From contig JAHBMJ010000265.1 of assembly GCA_018398765.1 (NCBI GenBank), forward strand, positions 1 through 51,971: a stretch of 51,971 bases of DNA, read 5' to 3'. The position numbers and the translations under genes were made by a program. Origin of the DNA: Chromera velia (taxonomy: Eukaryota). Below the pieces are notes generated by a model. That model was not told where the DNA came from. It ran no database searches and saw nothing but the letters and a program-made list of their open reading frames with translations. Shown one piece after another: positions 28,919-41,791 of this stretch (the first letter of the stretch is position 1; every line of letters starts with the position of its first letter).

Positions 28919-30432
28919 GGAGAGAGAGAGAGGGAGAGAGAGGGAGGGAGGGAGGGAGGGAGGGAGAGAAATGAGAGGAAAAAATTCCCTTCCCTTTCGG
29001 GCAGCTTTCTGCTTCAGGCCGGGTACGCAATGCGTTCTAATTCAAAAGTGTCGTCAATTGAGGTGGTTCTATATGCTTACGTTTGCTTTCATGAAGGTCT
29101 GTGAGTCCTTCTTTCATTTGTTGTTCTCTTCCTTCTCTACCTGCCTCCCTCACCGACTCTCTCCCGTTCTTTCCCTCCCTTCCTCGTCCCTTTCTCCTTC
29201 CCCGCCCTTCTTCTTGCTTTTTCCTTTCAATCTCCTTCCCCAGGGTTCCTCAGGTCGTGCCTGCCTACCTCTCTCCGAAAGTCTGTGAAGGGAAGAATCT
29301 CTGTCGCCTTGATCTGCCCCAGATCAAAATGCGCTCTCGAGATCGTCACAAGCCCCGCAGGATCCCAAATCTGCCCTGTGCGGTTCGCGTTGGCGTTCAC
29401 AAGGATGACGCCGTTGGGGTCCAAAAGGGTCGCATACTCAATTCTCCGTCTCTCCGTCTCTCCCTGCAAGAGACTCTTGGAATCTGGAGTCAACTCTATC
29501 ACCCGAGTCCAGTTCCCTGCCGCACGCGCCTCCAGAAGCTCTCTGTGGATCGGGTTGCGGCTTTGGCCCTTGAAACCGAATCCGACCTGATCGATCTTGA
29601 CGCCTGCACGGACGCAGCAGATTCGGGTGTCTTGCATGCTGACAAATTTGCACTTTTTCCAAGGCTGTCTTTCCCATCGTGCAGTGATACTTCTGGCACG
29701 GTTATGTTCAATGAAAACAAGCACTGTGTCATTAGTCAAATTCAGCCCCACAGGAGGAACAGGAAGGCCATGAGAATGGAATGAAATGCAGCAGAACATC
29801 TGTATGCATTCATTCCAGCAATCCGGCATACCTACAGCTCCATTGCGGTCTGTTGTGCGCCAAGATGGATCATCATGTGGAAAAGAAAATCTGAAACTGC
29901 CCGATTGGTTTCAAGAACAGAACACGAAGCAGCTATTACCAGACTCTCTGAGTGATCAGAGCAGCAGACGAACCCCCCCACGCGCATGTGATTTCACGTA
30001 CATGCATACATCCATGCATATAGATATATACGTACATGCATGCATGGAGACAGAGTCGAAACGCAGGTCTGCACACATGGCAGTAGCCCTTCAGCACTGA
30101 CCGTAGCTAACTTCCAGCAGGTGCAGCTGTGGTCTTGCTTTCTTCATCCTGACGAAGTTGAACACCTCAGAGAACACCGATGACTCTGCATAGGTCAGCC
30201 CGATGATGACCGACTCGAGGAAGCCAATGCAGAGACAGAATTTGAAAATCACCGAAGACCTGTGCCAGACAAAATCCGAAAATTCTGCCGCCCCCCTCAC
30301 ACGTTTCCTTAGGAAGTCATTGATGTTCTTGTACTTGTTCTGTTTCCCATGAGAACCCTCCGAGTCGTGCCCGGATCCTGTTGTTTGGTGCTGGTGAGAG
30401 TCGCTGTTCTGGGAAGGTTCCTTGTCGGACAT
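21409..30432 (-). CDS. Multi-exon 4-TM membrane protein with two tandem extracellular sensor domains resembling cyanobacterial MCP periplasmic (Cache-like) domains
   Basis: Phase-compatible exons 30432-30102, 29603-29269, 28691-28520, 27900-27746, 27250-26471, 26017-25841, 25346-25051, 24686-24236, 23917-23820, 23314-23075, 22884-(end uncertain), and a last exon within ORF 21409-22158. The halves match each other: SYGVKIDQVGFGFKG / AYHLQVYHMGFGFRG; ETERRRIEYATL / EVRRRRIEVAML; IRWVVTPV..GILVAGDVVDGK / GRFAATPV..GVLISADMLNGK; GFAGVY / GFVGSY. Each domain is bracketed by hydrophobic helices. Confidence 0.8.
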
Positions 30433-32580
30433 CTCTAGTACGTTCTGATTTTTGTTATATAAATATATAGTTCAAGACCGTGCTCTTATCGAAAGGCAGA
30501 ACGATATTCTGCCTATGACTCAATAAGCCTGAATGGTGGCACAATCTGGAAGAAGTTTTCCGCTCAAACGGAGACAGTGCGATGTATGCCAGTCCACAAT
30601 TCCATCGGGAACTGCTGAGAATGACTGACCAGTGACTACGTACCGGTAAGAGAGGAATGAACACAGACATGAAGACAGACAGCCTGGGCACGCCTCTCAC
30701 CATGCAATCCAGGTTCGTCATGCAGAAATGCTTCGGCCTCAATGCATGGCAGTACTGATTGAAACCCCGATTTTGTAGACGGAACAATTTTTCTTTATAA
30801 TTTTAATTGTCGTACGTGTGTATATACATATGGTTTTTCTTTGTCTAACAAAAAATAAATTAATCATACAGAGTTCAGGTTCGCACTGAGTCGCGTTTGG
30901 GGGGCACTTATCCTTTTTTGCACACGCTGCGGCCAAGTCACCCGCCCGCCCCAAGGATGATTCAGAATCGTCGATGATGCTGCACGATCGATGCTACCTA
31001 TACACATGGTACTCAAGAAGCCTTTCCCACGCATACAAAGGAGGAATAACCTGCAGAAAGTGTCACAGAGTAACAAAGACTATGCAAAAAGTTATAAAAA
31101 GTAGGACGATTATGAATGAGAAGTAACGAGAAGTTAGATTTTATCCACTGGCAGGGCATTTAAGTTAGTACTACACAATGGAGCTTCATTTTTTTTTTCA
31201 AACCTCCTAGCTCGTCTGCTTCCGTTTACTTCTGTTTTAGATGGAAGCTTCTTTAAAAAAAAGTTCTTTTTTGGGGGGGGTGTTATTCCGCTGCGTTGAC
31301 AGAAATAGGTAGAAAAAGGCTGTTTAAAATAATGAAATTCATTAAAATTTAAAATTGATTGAATTACTGCCATAAAATCTATAAAGTCTTATATTTTAAA
31401 TCAAAACTAGTCATTGAGAGTCAATTTCAGACATGAGATGCATATTGCAGAGTACTGCAGAGAGAAACACTATATCATTGGAACGTTTAGCACTACTAAA
31501 AGACACAACTTATGATACAAATTGGAAGGATCTTTAAAGCTAGCATTAAGGATTTATCGTACGTGAACGGGAAGCGACAGAGGCTGTAACAGAGCGTTGG
31601 GTTACAATTAATTACGAAACAACACACAGCTTCGCACTGTATCTAGTTGATTCTCTTTACAACTTTTCTGTTTCGCGATTTTTCTGTCTCCGTCAAGGTA
31701 TGCGTGCGTGCGTGTGTGTGTCTGTGGTCCGACCGTATGGTTGTATTGTGAAGGAGGCTCTTTGGATTTCTTGCACGCAGAGAACCCATGCAGCCCTCTC
31801 TCGTCCCATTCAGGCCTTCCAGCAGCGATCTTTGGACATGCAGAAGAGCATGCCGCCTATGCTGTGCGTGTGAGAGTTGAAAGCGAGGAAGTGAGAAGGG
31901 TGTCCGAAGGGGTTCACTCTCTAGAAGCGTGAGGTTCGAGGCACATACAAAAGGCTGGTCATTCTTCTCCTTCTATTTTGCTGCCTGCACATATGCCTCT
32001 CAACAGATTGTCCTTCTCTTTTCACTCTCTCGCTTCTCTCTTTCGTGCATGAAATGCACTCAGCTCTCTCCATGCATTCACAAAACGTTGCGATTCGAGC
32101 GGATCATCTGCACGCACGCCATGCACCCATGCCCCCATGATCTCTGCGCACTGTCTCTGGCTACCCCCCAAACCATGCAGCGCTTTCATTGACTCGTGAA
32201 CACCCTCTCTGCCCAATGCCACCCCTTCATCCATTGATCGACCCGGATGGTTGCGTGACCCGTCTCTTGTCTCCCTCCATACACGGCATGCAGAGGAAAG
32301 AGAGATGCATCTGATTCAGGCAAGATCTTCGAAGCAACTCTCCTTGCACTGCAACGGTGAAGAAACAAATGAATCGGGAGAAAAGAGGGGGAGGAAGGGA
32401 AACGCATGGCCGGGCGTCTGCTCAACAAAGGGCAGATCGGAACCTGCCCCCCTCTAGATGGGACAGAGGAGAGTGTGAAAAGAACCTAAGAGAAGAAAAA
32501 GAGGCCCACTCTCGCCCGCCCACCCATCCATCCCTCCATTCATCCATCCATATTGAAGTGAGGCATTCGGTCTCAGGCAT

Positions 32581-33570
32581 TCACTTGACCTGCATGCCGT
32601 ACACAGAGGCACTGGCGGCCTGGGGGTCGTCGATTTCTCTGTTGTCGGCAATCCAGTCGACGTTGCCTTTGAAGAGCTCAGACACGGCCTCCTCCTCGAT
32701 CGACAGGGACTGGTTCTTCAGAACCTCAGCGATGAAGTCACACGCACGCTCTCTGAGGCTGAACGGCCCGTCCTCCTCCTTCTTCCCATTGTTCCACACC
32801 TCGGCGAACCAAATGATGGCACCGATCGGGGCGACAGGGGGGGGAGGGGGCTCGTCTCTCTCTTCCTCATCCTCGTCCTCAGTGGCTTCTGCGTCCTCCT
32901 CTCTCTCCGCCTCCCTCTTCTTCAGAATGACACCCTTTCCCTCCCCACCCTCTCCCTGCTTCTCCTGCACCCCCTCCTCCTCTTCATCCAAGTCGTCATC
33001 GATCACACGTGACTTGGGCTTAGGCTTCTGCTTCTTTGTCTTGGCGGGCTGCGTTTCTTTTCCCTCCCCCCCTGTCGCCTTCGGCTTCCTCCCCCTGCCC
33101 CCTCCTCCACTTATCACAGGGGCACCGGTGAAGGACTGAGGGGTGTCGTCTGTGGGCTTTGAGAGGAAGCGGGCGACCTCTTCTTCGGCTCTCTCGCGAG
33201 TCGCAGACTTGGGGAGACGGAGGGAAAGAAGGGTAGCAATTCCAAAAACATCTGCTTTTTTCATCTTGGAGAGCTCAAGCTCTAGGGGCCCGGTCTCGCC
33301 CTCGGCGGTACCCGTCCAGCCACAGACCATGCGCTTTCGGTTGGAACGCTGGCCCGGGGTGCCGTACATCATTTTGTGCAGGAGCTTCATGAGCTCGTCG
33401 TCTGCCTTGGAGTTCGAAATGGAGGGACAAGCGAAGCCGAGACGGACACCGGACCCGTTTGGGATCTCGTCCAATTTTCTTTTCTTGATCAGATGCACAC
33501 CTGGGCTGTACCTGGATTGAGGCGCTCGGGCCTTTCGCAGGTTCATCGTGTCATCGTTCTCACTCGACAT
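32581..33570 (-). CDS. DEK-like chromatin-associated protein (DEK/SAP-type region, acidic/basic tail)
   Basis: Long ORF with ATG at 33570. DDELMKLLHKMMYGTPGQRSNRKRMVCGWTG...LSKMKKADVFGIATLLSL...TRERAEEEVARFLSKP matches the DEK pattern LxxLHxxxxGxxG...KKNxxxFSG...L..L..FL..P. The 3' end may splice at CAG|GT near 32589. Confidence 0.75.
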   Translation of the reverse strand: MSSENDDTMNLRKARAPQSRYSPGVHLIKKRKLDEIPNGSGVRLGFACPSISNSKADDELMKLLHKMMYGTPGQRSNRKRMVCGWTGTAEGETGPLELELSKMKKADVFGIATLLSLRLPKSATRERAEEEVARFLSKPTDDTPQSFTGAPVISGGGGRGRKPKATGGEGKETQPAKTKKQKPKPKSRVIDDDLDEEEEGVQEKQGEGGEGKGVILKKREAEREEDAEATEDEDEEERDEPPPPPVAPIGAIIWFAEVWNNGKKEEDGPFSLRERACDFIAEVLKNQSLSIEEEAVSELFKGNVDWIADNREIDDPQAASASVYGMQVK

Positions 33571-33858
33571 TTTCAAGTGATTCTAGGTGGAGAGACGGAA
33601 AGGATATGTTGCCAGGAATCAAAACGAGGACAAAAAGAAACGCTGAGGAAAGGTGCAGGAAGAAGCAGCAGTCAGGCGGAGAAGGTTCTACTGTAAGCTT
33701 ACCCTTCCTTTACACATCTGTGTTGCCTCGTCGCCATTGCCTCTCAGTGGCAGCAGTCTTGCCACAACATGCCAGAACGATGCCTTAAATTGGAAACTCA
33801 ACTTGCATGCGGCCGATCGAAATTTAATTGGCGACTCTAGCTGACGTATACGTACATC

Positions 33859-34020
33859 GGCCCGCGCGCGCCGCGAGCGCGCGCGGCCGGGGCGGGGCCG
33901 CGGGGCCTCTGCATGCATGCCGCAGGCCGCGCGCGGGCACAAACGATTTTCTGACAATTAAAGGTCAGACGATTAATTCTCTGCATGTATATACGTCGAT
34001 CAGAGCATATGCATGCATGC
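33859..34020. promoter_or_regulatory. Putative bidirectional promoter: GC island with TGCATGCA motifs
   Basis: Nearly pure G/C tract at 33859-33939 with inverted ends gcccgcgcgcg / cgcgcgcgggc and TGCATGCA at ~33910 and ~34010. It sits between two divergent genes. Confidence 0.55.
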
Positions 34021-34345
34021 AAGATCGAGATCGATTAATTGTGTACGTTTGAACTTTGAATTGATGCAGTGCTCTTCCGTATAGGGCTTCCTACTATAGC
34101 CTCTATGATATATGTATATGTGTTGAAACCCGTGTCTGGAACAAGAAGCAAGCTGTCCCAATTTTGCGTCGTAGAGGAGCTTGTAAGTGCGAAGAAGCTC
34201 ATATATAGAACTGTATCAGACTGGAAAACAACACAGCCCAGGTGTTATCGAAGCGGCTCCACAACCGTTTGACATCAATCGCACTGACGTTGACAGATTT
34301 GTTTGAAGTCTGAATAAGGCAAACTCCTGACCTTTGGTCTTCAAC

Positions 34346-34798
34346 ATGGTGCTCGCAATTATTGACCTCTGGTGGATTTGGATTGTGATTGGGTTCGTTA
34401 TCCTGGGAGGGTGTTACGCTTACAGATACTACAAGAGGAAACAAATGGCGCAAGGAAATCAGCAAACCATCCAGGCCCAAATGCAGCAAGGGCCTTCCTA
34501 TACCACCCCAAATCAGCCATATTCAGCCCCCCCTGCCGGTGCACCTTATGCTCAACCCCCCTATGCCCAGCAGTATGGAGCGCCGCCCCCCGCCAATCCG
34601 TATTCCGCCCCCCCAGCACAGCAGCAACAGCCAACAACAATCATTGTACAGTCGGACTCAAGAAGACCAAGCGTTGCCCCTTCCAACCAATACGGAGGAG
34701 CTCAGTACGGAGGAGCAGCCTACGGGGGACCGAACGGAAACACGGGTGCCGATCCTCCTCCCCCTCCGTATGGACCAAGCGATGCCAATCTCAAATGA
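34346..34798 (+). CDS. Small single-pass membrane protein with a Pro/Gln/Tyr-rich tail and PPPY motif
   Basis: Intronless ORF: hydrophobic LWWIWIVIGFVILGGCYAY, basic stop-transfer RYYKRK, PYSAPP repeats and a C-terminal PPPPPY. Confidence 0.8.
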   Translation: MVLAIIDLWWIWIVIGFVILGGCYAYRYYKRKQMAQGNQQTIQAQMQQGPSYTTPNQPYSAPPAGAPYAQPPYAQQYGAPPPANPYSAPPAQQQQPTTIIVQSDSRRPSVAPSNQYGGAQYGGAAYGGPNGNTGADPPPPPYGPSDANLK

Positions 34799-35044
34799 CG
34801 GTGATTGATAGGGCGCACTTGAAAGTCCTGTCAAAAGAATCGTCAGACTTTGCGCCAAAGAGCAGGTCTGAGCACTGGCAGTGACTGAAAGCTTCATCTA
34901 TAAGTGAGACAGTAGTTTCGTCAAAGTCGTGTCTTGCAACGGATTCAACTGAGCCTTTGGGCATCTCTATGGCACATCTTCCCTGCATGAAATATCGAAG
35001 TCTTCGTGTGCACAAGATTGTCTTCATTGCATAACAACCACCAT

Positions 35045-35930
<886 letters not shown>

Positions 35931-36223
35931 CTGTGTACGTGAAAAGCAAACGAGACAGGAAATGTACATTCTCAGCGTCTCTGTCTGTCCGTCAGCTGGG
36001 TACGAGAAAAGAACAAGAGAGGAAAGGAAAACCGTACTACCGTGTGTATACGTCTTAATTGTAGCACTCTTCTTGCTAGTCTTCCTGCAGTGCTTATATC
36101 TTAGTATAATTTTATATACTTGTACGGCAGCTGCTGTGTAGAGACTTTAAAAAAATGAGTGAGCTTTGGCTATTGTAAATTACTGGCAATTTACTGCCAT
36201 TTTTTTTTATCGGGTTCTAGATC

Positions 36224-36266
<43 letters not shown>

Positions 36267-37720
36267 AATTCTTTTACATTCCTGGATCACATCGATCTAA
36301 ACTTCTAAGTTACTCCTTTAATTCATTTTTTCCCCTCAGGCTTTATAACTAGATGGCATTTACTGCAAATTACTATTGAAATTAGTCTGTAATAAATTTT
36401 TCTTACACTGGCATTCTTTAGTGTAATCCCTAATAAGTCCATTTAGGGTATTGAAGTGTATGGAAGACTAATAATTTTAACTAGAATTTTAAAGAATCAA
36501 ACTTTAGAGATAATCAATCTGATTCAATTATTTTACTCAGGCTAGTACTCATTTTATTTGATTAATCACGTATATTTACTCATCTCACTAGCGCCATCTT
36601 ATACGGTAAAAAAAGAAAGTTCAATCGCAAGTCACTGAATTAAACACCTTTTAAGTTAGAATTCAAGATCTCACAATAAAATTTCACTAGATCTAGCACT
36701 CTAGCTAGCACTGGATTTATATAAAAAAGAGTATATAAAGGGGCCGCGCATGTAGTAAAAGCAAATTATGTAGCAAACTATATATAAATAGTATATGAAT
36801 TGAATTACAATAGCCTGAGACTGATGGCCAGGCTGATGGAATCGGATCAACTTGAAGTCTAGCTTGAAGTTCGGCATCAACTGTATATCAAAGTAAAGCA
36901 AACAGATTGAAAAACATTAGAGAGTATAAGAAAAGGTCTAGGAAAAAGTTGAAGTGCTGACAGCTCTATGTATATAGGATGATTGCATTCGTTGTCATTC
37001 GTGACAGTCGGTCAAAGCTCCGAGTCATGGCCCTGGGCGCATTAGCCCAGTTTGTGCTAGAGTTTGTGTCTCGATCTGTTTCTAGCTCTATTCGAACTTG
37101 CGGCGATTTTGGCATGCCAGTGCGTTGAGCCAACCATGCAGATAAAGCGGATGCAACAACATGGTCTAGGTACGTGCTCACATAGTTTGAAGAAGCCAGC
37201 CTGAGTGCCCGCGAGAGGAGTGCGAATTCGTTTACCATGCACACACATGCACAGACAATTAATTACGCACACCGGTGCATGAAACAAAGAACTGTACAGT
37301 GAAGGGTCGAGGGAAGAAAGTGACGATCAACGACTTCGATCATTCAATCCACGCGTTGTCGACAAAAGCCTCCTCTCGACTCCTTCAAGAAAGAAATTCA
37401 AGGGAATTATTGTCTCTTTGACAGTCAGAAACAGAATCGTGAAGAGAAAAAGAAAGAGAGAGGGGAAAAAACCAATGAAAGGAAAACGAGACAGTACTCA
37501 AGGAGCGGCAGGATCGAAGGGATGCATGACGTCGCATGGGGCAGGACGAGAGTGCGACTGCCGAACCAACCGAAGGACGCCTTCACACTTCCACCCTGAA
37601 ACGTCTTCCTACCCAGTTACTCGAAACCTCATCTTCCCGGCTCCCTCCGTCTGCTCTTCCTCCCTCCCCCTCCCACTTTCTCTGCTGAAGGAGATGGTGT
37701 GAACACCTGCCCTTCCTTTG

Positions 37721-37884
37721 CTAGTCATTTTTTTCTTCAGAAGAGCGAGGGGGCTTCTCGGCCTTCACCGTCACATCCACCCCCCCCGAGCCACTCTCTT
37801 CATCTCCCGTCTCGTCCACTTTCTGTTTCCTGCGCCGACAACACAAGGCCATTGGCCCGTCTGTCAGACTACGGAATCCTGCAC

Positions 37885-37915
<31 letters not shown>

Positions 37916-38353
37916 TCCAGGGAGAGCACAGAGAAGGTAGAGAGAGACCAGGGAGGCCCTGAAAGTGTAAAAGTGGGATCAATCAAGGTGCTCCATAGAA
38001 AAGTAAAAAGATGAGGAGGCCAGGGAGAAGAAGAACAGAGACGCAAAAGAAAAGATACGCTCGAGAAAATCTGAAGACAAGCAGACGAGCGACTCCAATT
38101 GGTACTTGCAGATTCATCGGATTCAATGAAAACTTCTTCTCTCTTACTCACTGTTTCCGCACGAGGCCATCGAGCGATTGAGCCAGGAACCCTGCAGACA
38201 CTTATACACTGTTTCTCTCCCTCTTTCTCACACAGACGAATCGCGCACGGACTCATACACCCACGCATTTCCGCGCACGAACCGTACATGGACTGCTACT
38301 CAAATGTTTACACACACGAAAGAAGCACGCACTCAAAAAGAGAAAGCGTCTGT

Positions 38354-38412
<59 letters not shown>

Positions 38413-41400
38413 GAGCTCGACAACCGACACGGCACAAGACAGCAGACAGCGGAACCTGCCCCACCGCACAAAAAAAAGGATTCTCCTGAAGATGAGATAT
38501 CTACATTTCGAAGCTCCGGGTCTGCATGTGCGTCACTTCTTTTCGAAAGTCTAGATGAACCTCAACGACTGACTTCGTCCGCTTGGGGCTCGGGCAGATC
38601 CTCCCCCCCAGCTTCCATCTGGCGCATCCTTTCTTCCCACAACTGGGGGGTGTCCTGTGGAGTGTCGTCTCCTCTCACACTCTCAGCGACACTCGTGGCT
38701 CTCTGAAAACACAAAAAGGCGGGCAAAGTAAAAATGAACACAAGCAGTGCCGACATGCGCTTTCTTTCTTTCTTTCTTTCTTTCTTTCTCTTTCTTTCTC
38801 TTTCTTTCTTGTTTGTTTGTTTGTCACAAATGTACAGACCGATGCAGCTTTTGGAGAATGAAAAAGAGGGCTCAGGAAGAGAAAAGGGTGAGCGATAGTT
38901 TGCCTCTCCACCGCGAATCTGAAGGGGGGGTTCGAGAGAAGGGCAGGTGGCAGAGGAAGACACACTGACCGATGGCGCACGAGAAACTGTCTCTCTCTCC
39001 AAGGGTCTCCCCCTCTCTCTGAGGCCCCCTTTAGAGATCTGCTGACGAGAGGAAGACGACACGGGAGCACGCGCAGTTAGCTTCTTCTCCTGCGGCTTCG
39101 GAACGGGTTTCTGACGGTTCTCTGGGTATCTCATTCTGTGGAATATACTTCTCATTCTGATTCTTTTAGGAGGGGATTCGTCTGCAGAGCGGTCTGCTTC
39201 CATCAATTTTGTCCTGCCCCTACCCCTCTCCTTTGTCTCGTTTCCAAGGCCCTCCCTTGCCTCCCGCTCCTCCTCCTCGTCTCCGTCTACCGATTTCCCC
39301 TTTGTTCCTTTTGCGCTCCGGCCAGTGTCCCTACTCTCTGGAGATCGCACTTGCGCTGGTGTATCTTCTTCTCGATTGTTGCTGTGCGAGGGAGAGGGAG
39401 GGCTTCTTCTGCATGGAGCTCTGGGAGGCAGGCCCGGAGTTGGGATTGTTCTCGTCACAGTTGCAGTGTGTCTGTTACTGGAGGAGGAAGAAGAAGAAGA
39501 AGAGGAAGAGGAAGAGGAAGGATTTGCCTCTGCCCTCCTCTCCGGTCTCTCTCCCTCGGTGTCCCTCTGTTGTTCGTTCGCCTCCTCCTCCTCCTCCCAA
39601 GGACACTCTGGGTCTTCATACTGCTGATGAACTTTGAACAATCCCACCCTTTTTTTTCTCCCGCCCTTCGGGGGCCTTTTTTGCCTCCCACTTCCAAAGG
39701 CTGCTGCAGCGGAGGCCTCCGGATCTCTTTTTTTGTCCTTTTCCTTCTCTCTGGGGGTGCGGGTGTGAGGGGGGGTGCCTTCATTCCCTCTCTCGGTAGG
39801 CTGTTCTTCTTCTGGTCTTGTTGGGCTCCTCGGGCGTTGGCAGTATCTGGCGAAGTCCATGTGCTTTTTCTTCACGGCCTCCAATTCAGCCTCGAGCCTT
39901 TTCACATGTTCCTCCTTCTCCTGCAATGCATCGACATAAGAGTGGAGAGAAAGAAGAGAAAGCAGGGAGGGATGCAAGGCTGAAGGAACGAATAGAAGAA
40001 GTCCGAAATGCGATGAGCAGCTGTGAGGAGTGAGAAAGAAATCCGTAAGGGAAAAAGAATTCAGACGAATGAATGACAGTCGCGGTCAGAAGACTGTCTT
40101 GCTACCGCACGCATTCTGAGAGAAAAAATGTCCCGGCAGATCTCATCAGTGCACCCAAACAGCGCAAGGTTGAATTCAAGACACCTAACCGACCCTCTCT
40201 GCGTTCTTTGCCTTCTGAAGTGCCTGCAGGGGCACGGACACAGCCGCAACACATGGGAAGACCAGGAAAAGCAAGAGAAGTTAGCAAAGAAAGCATTGGG
40301 AGACACACGTGGAACGACACATACAACAGACCACGGACGCGAAGTGATGAGTGTGAGGGATTTCGAAAACAGCTGAGCAGAAAGCTTCAATGCCGAACAT
40401 AGGGAATCGAAATGACCCTTCCACTCGCTCACGGGGTCTCCAGGGCATGAAAATGAACTGGCGTGTTTTTCTGAGAACTCTGTCGCCAGTGAAGAGAAAT
40501 GTTCCTCTCTTTGATGCTTCCCTTCTCCACTCATTCCTTCTCACTCATTTTTTTCTCACGCACTCCCTCGCCCAATGACTTCCTGGTTTGCTCTCCACTC
40601 ACTCACTCATCTCTCCAACGCGCTCACTTACACCCACTCACACACCTCCTCCTTTTGCTTCATCAGTTTGAAGACCAGATCGGACATCGACAGCTCGGCA
40701 AACTCTTTGACCTCGAACTTCTGGAGGGCCTTGCTCTTTCCGAACATGTCATCGCACTTCGACAACTTCACCTGACCCTGCGGGGGAATGAATGAATGAA
40801 TGAATAAATGAATGAATGAATGAATGAATGCAGCGATTGAAGTGTGAAGAGGTGAATGAATGAATGGAGGGATGAATGAAGGAGATACATTTAGAGGGAG
40901 ATAGAATACTGCAATCGCAGAAGAGACAAAGAGAAGCCCAGAACAGTTAATTGAAAGAAGTCACCGAGGACAGAAAATTTGGAACGGAACGCCAGAGGGC
41001 CCCGAAGAAAAAAAAAACACACACATCACAGGCCAAAAGAACACGTGCCGCTGTCCGATTGAAAATCCAACACTGAGAACAGAAGTGCAACCAGCGTGAA
41101 ATGCGTCAATGCGTACAACAGAAATGAGCCGAAGTGTGCGGTCAACCTTTGGCTCTGTGAGGCGGACGAACACCAATGGAGAAAGGGGCCTTTCGAGAAC
41201 CAGAACCGACCCAATGTATCTACCTGCCCACCACCGACCTGCATCATATCCATATATTTTAGAAGCTCCACCACCCACGTCGTTACCGCAGCCCCATCTT
41301 CCGATGCCCTGTCAAGCATCTCCTGCTTCCACAGGCCAAACCACTCCATGTCTTCGAACCAGTCCGTGACAAAGATCTTGAATTGATCTTCCCTCTCTTC

Positions 41401-41755
41401 CGGGTCGCTGCCCGTCCACGCGCGAGGAGGAAACGGCCTCGGCTTCCTTCTCCGCGACGAAGAGGAGGAGAAACCGTAGTGCTCCGAAGTGAACGGACAC
41501 GAGGAAGGCAGAAAGTTTATCTGGTCCTCTGTCCACTGAAAGCAGACAGACAGACAGACAAACAAGCGAGGGTCCCTGACAGAGTTCTCTTTCTCAGGCA
41601 GAGAGAGCAAAAGGAGAATCTAGATCGGCCTCTGTAGCTGCCCGAAAGAATCAAGGGAGACGCGGACGCGCGTTCCTCCCCCCCTTCCTTTCCTTCCTCA
41701 ATTCCATCAAATCATGTGCACAGACAAATACAAAGAAACACGCACGCAGGCAGGT

Positions 41756-41791
<36 letters not shown>

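Noticed and set aside
29832..29850. Candidate mini-exon in intron 1 of the sensor gene
   Set aside because: Its phase is incompatible. Direct splicing 30102->29603 gives the conserved SYGVKIDQ.
40061..40544. ORFs within an intron of the J-domain gene (possible nested gene)
   Set aside because: Short overlapping ORFs on both strands with no motif or splice support.
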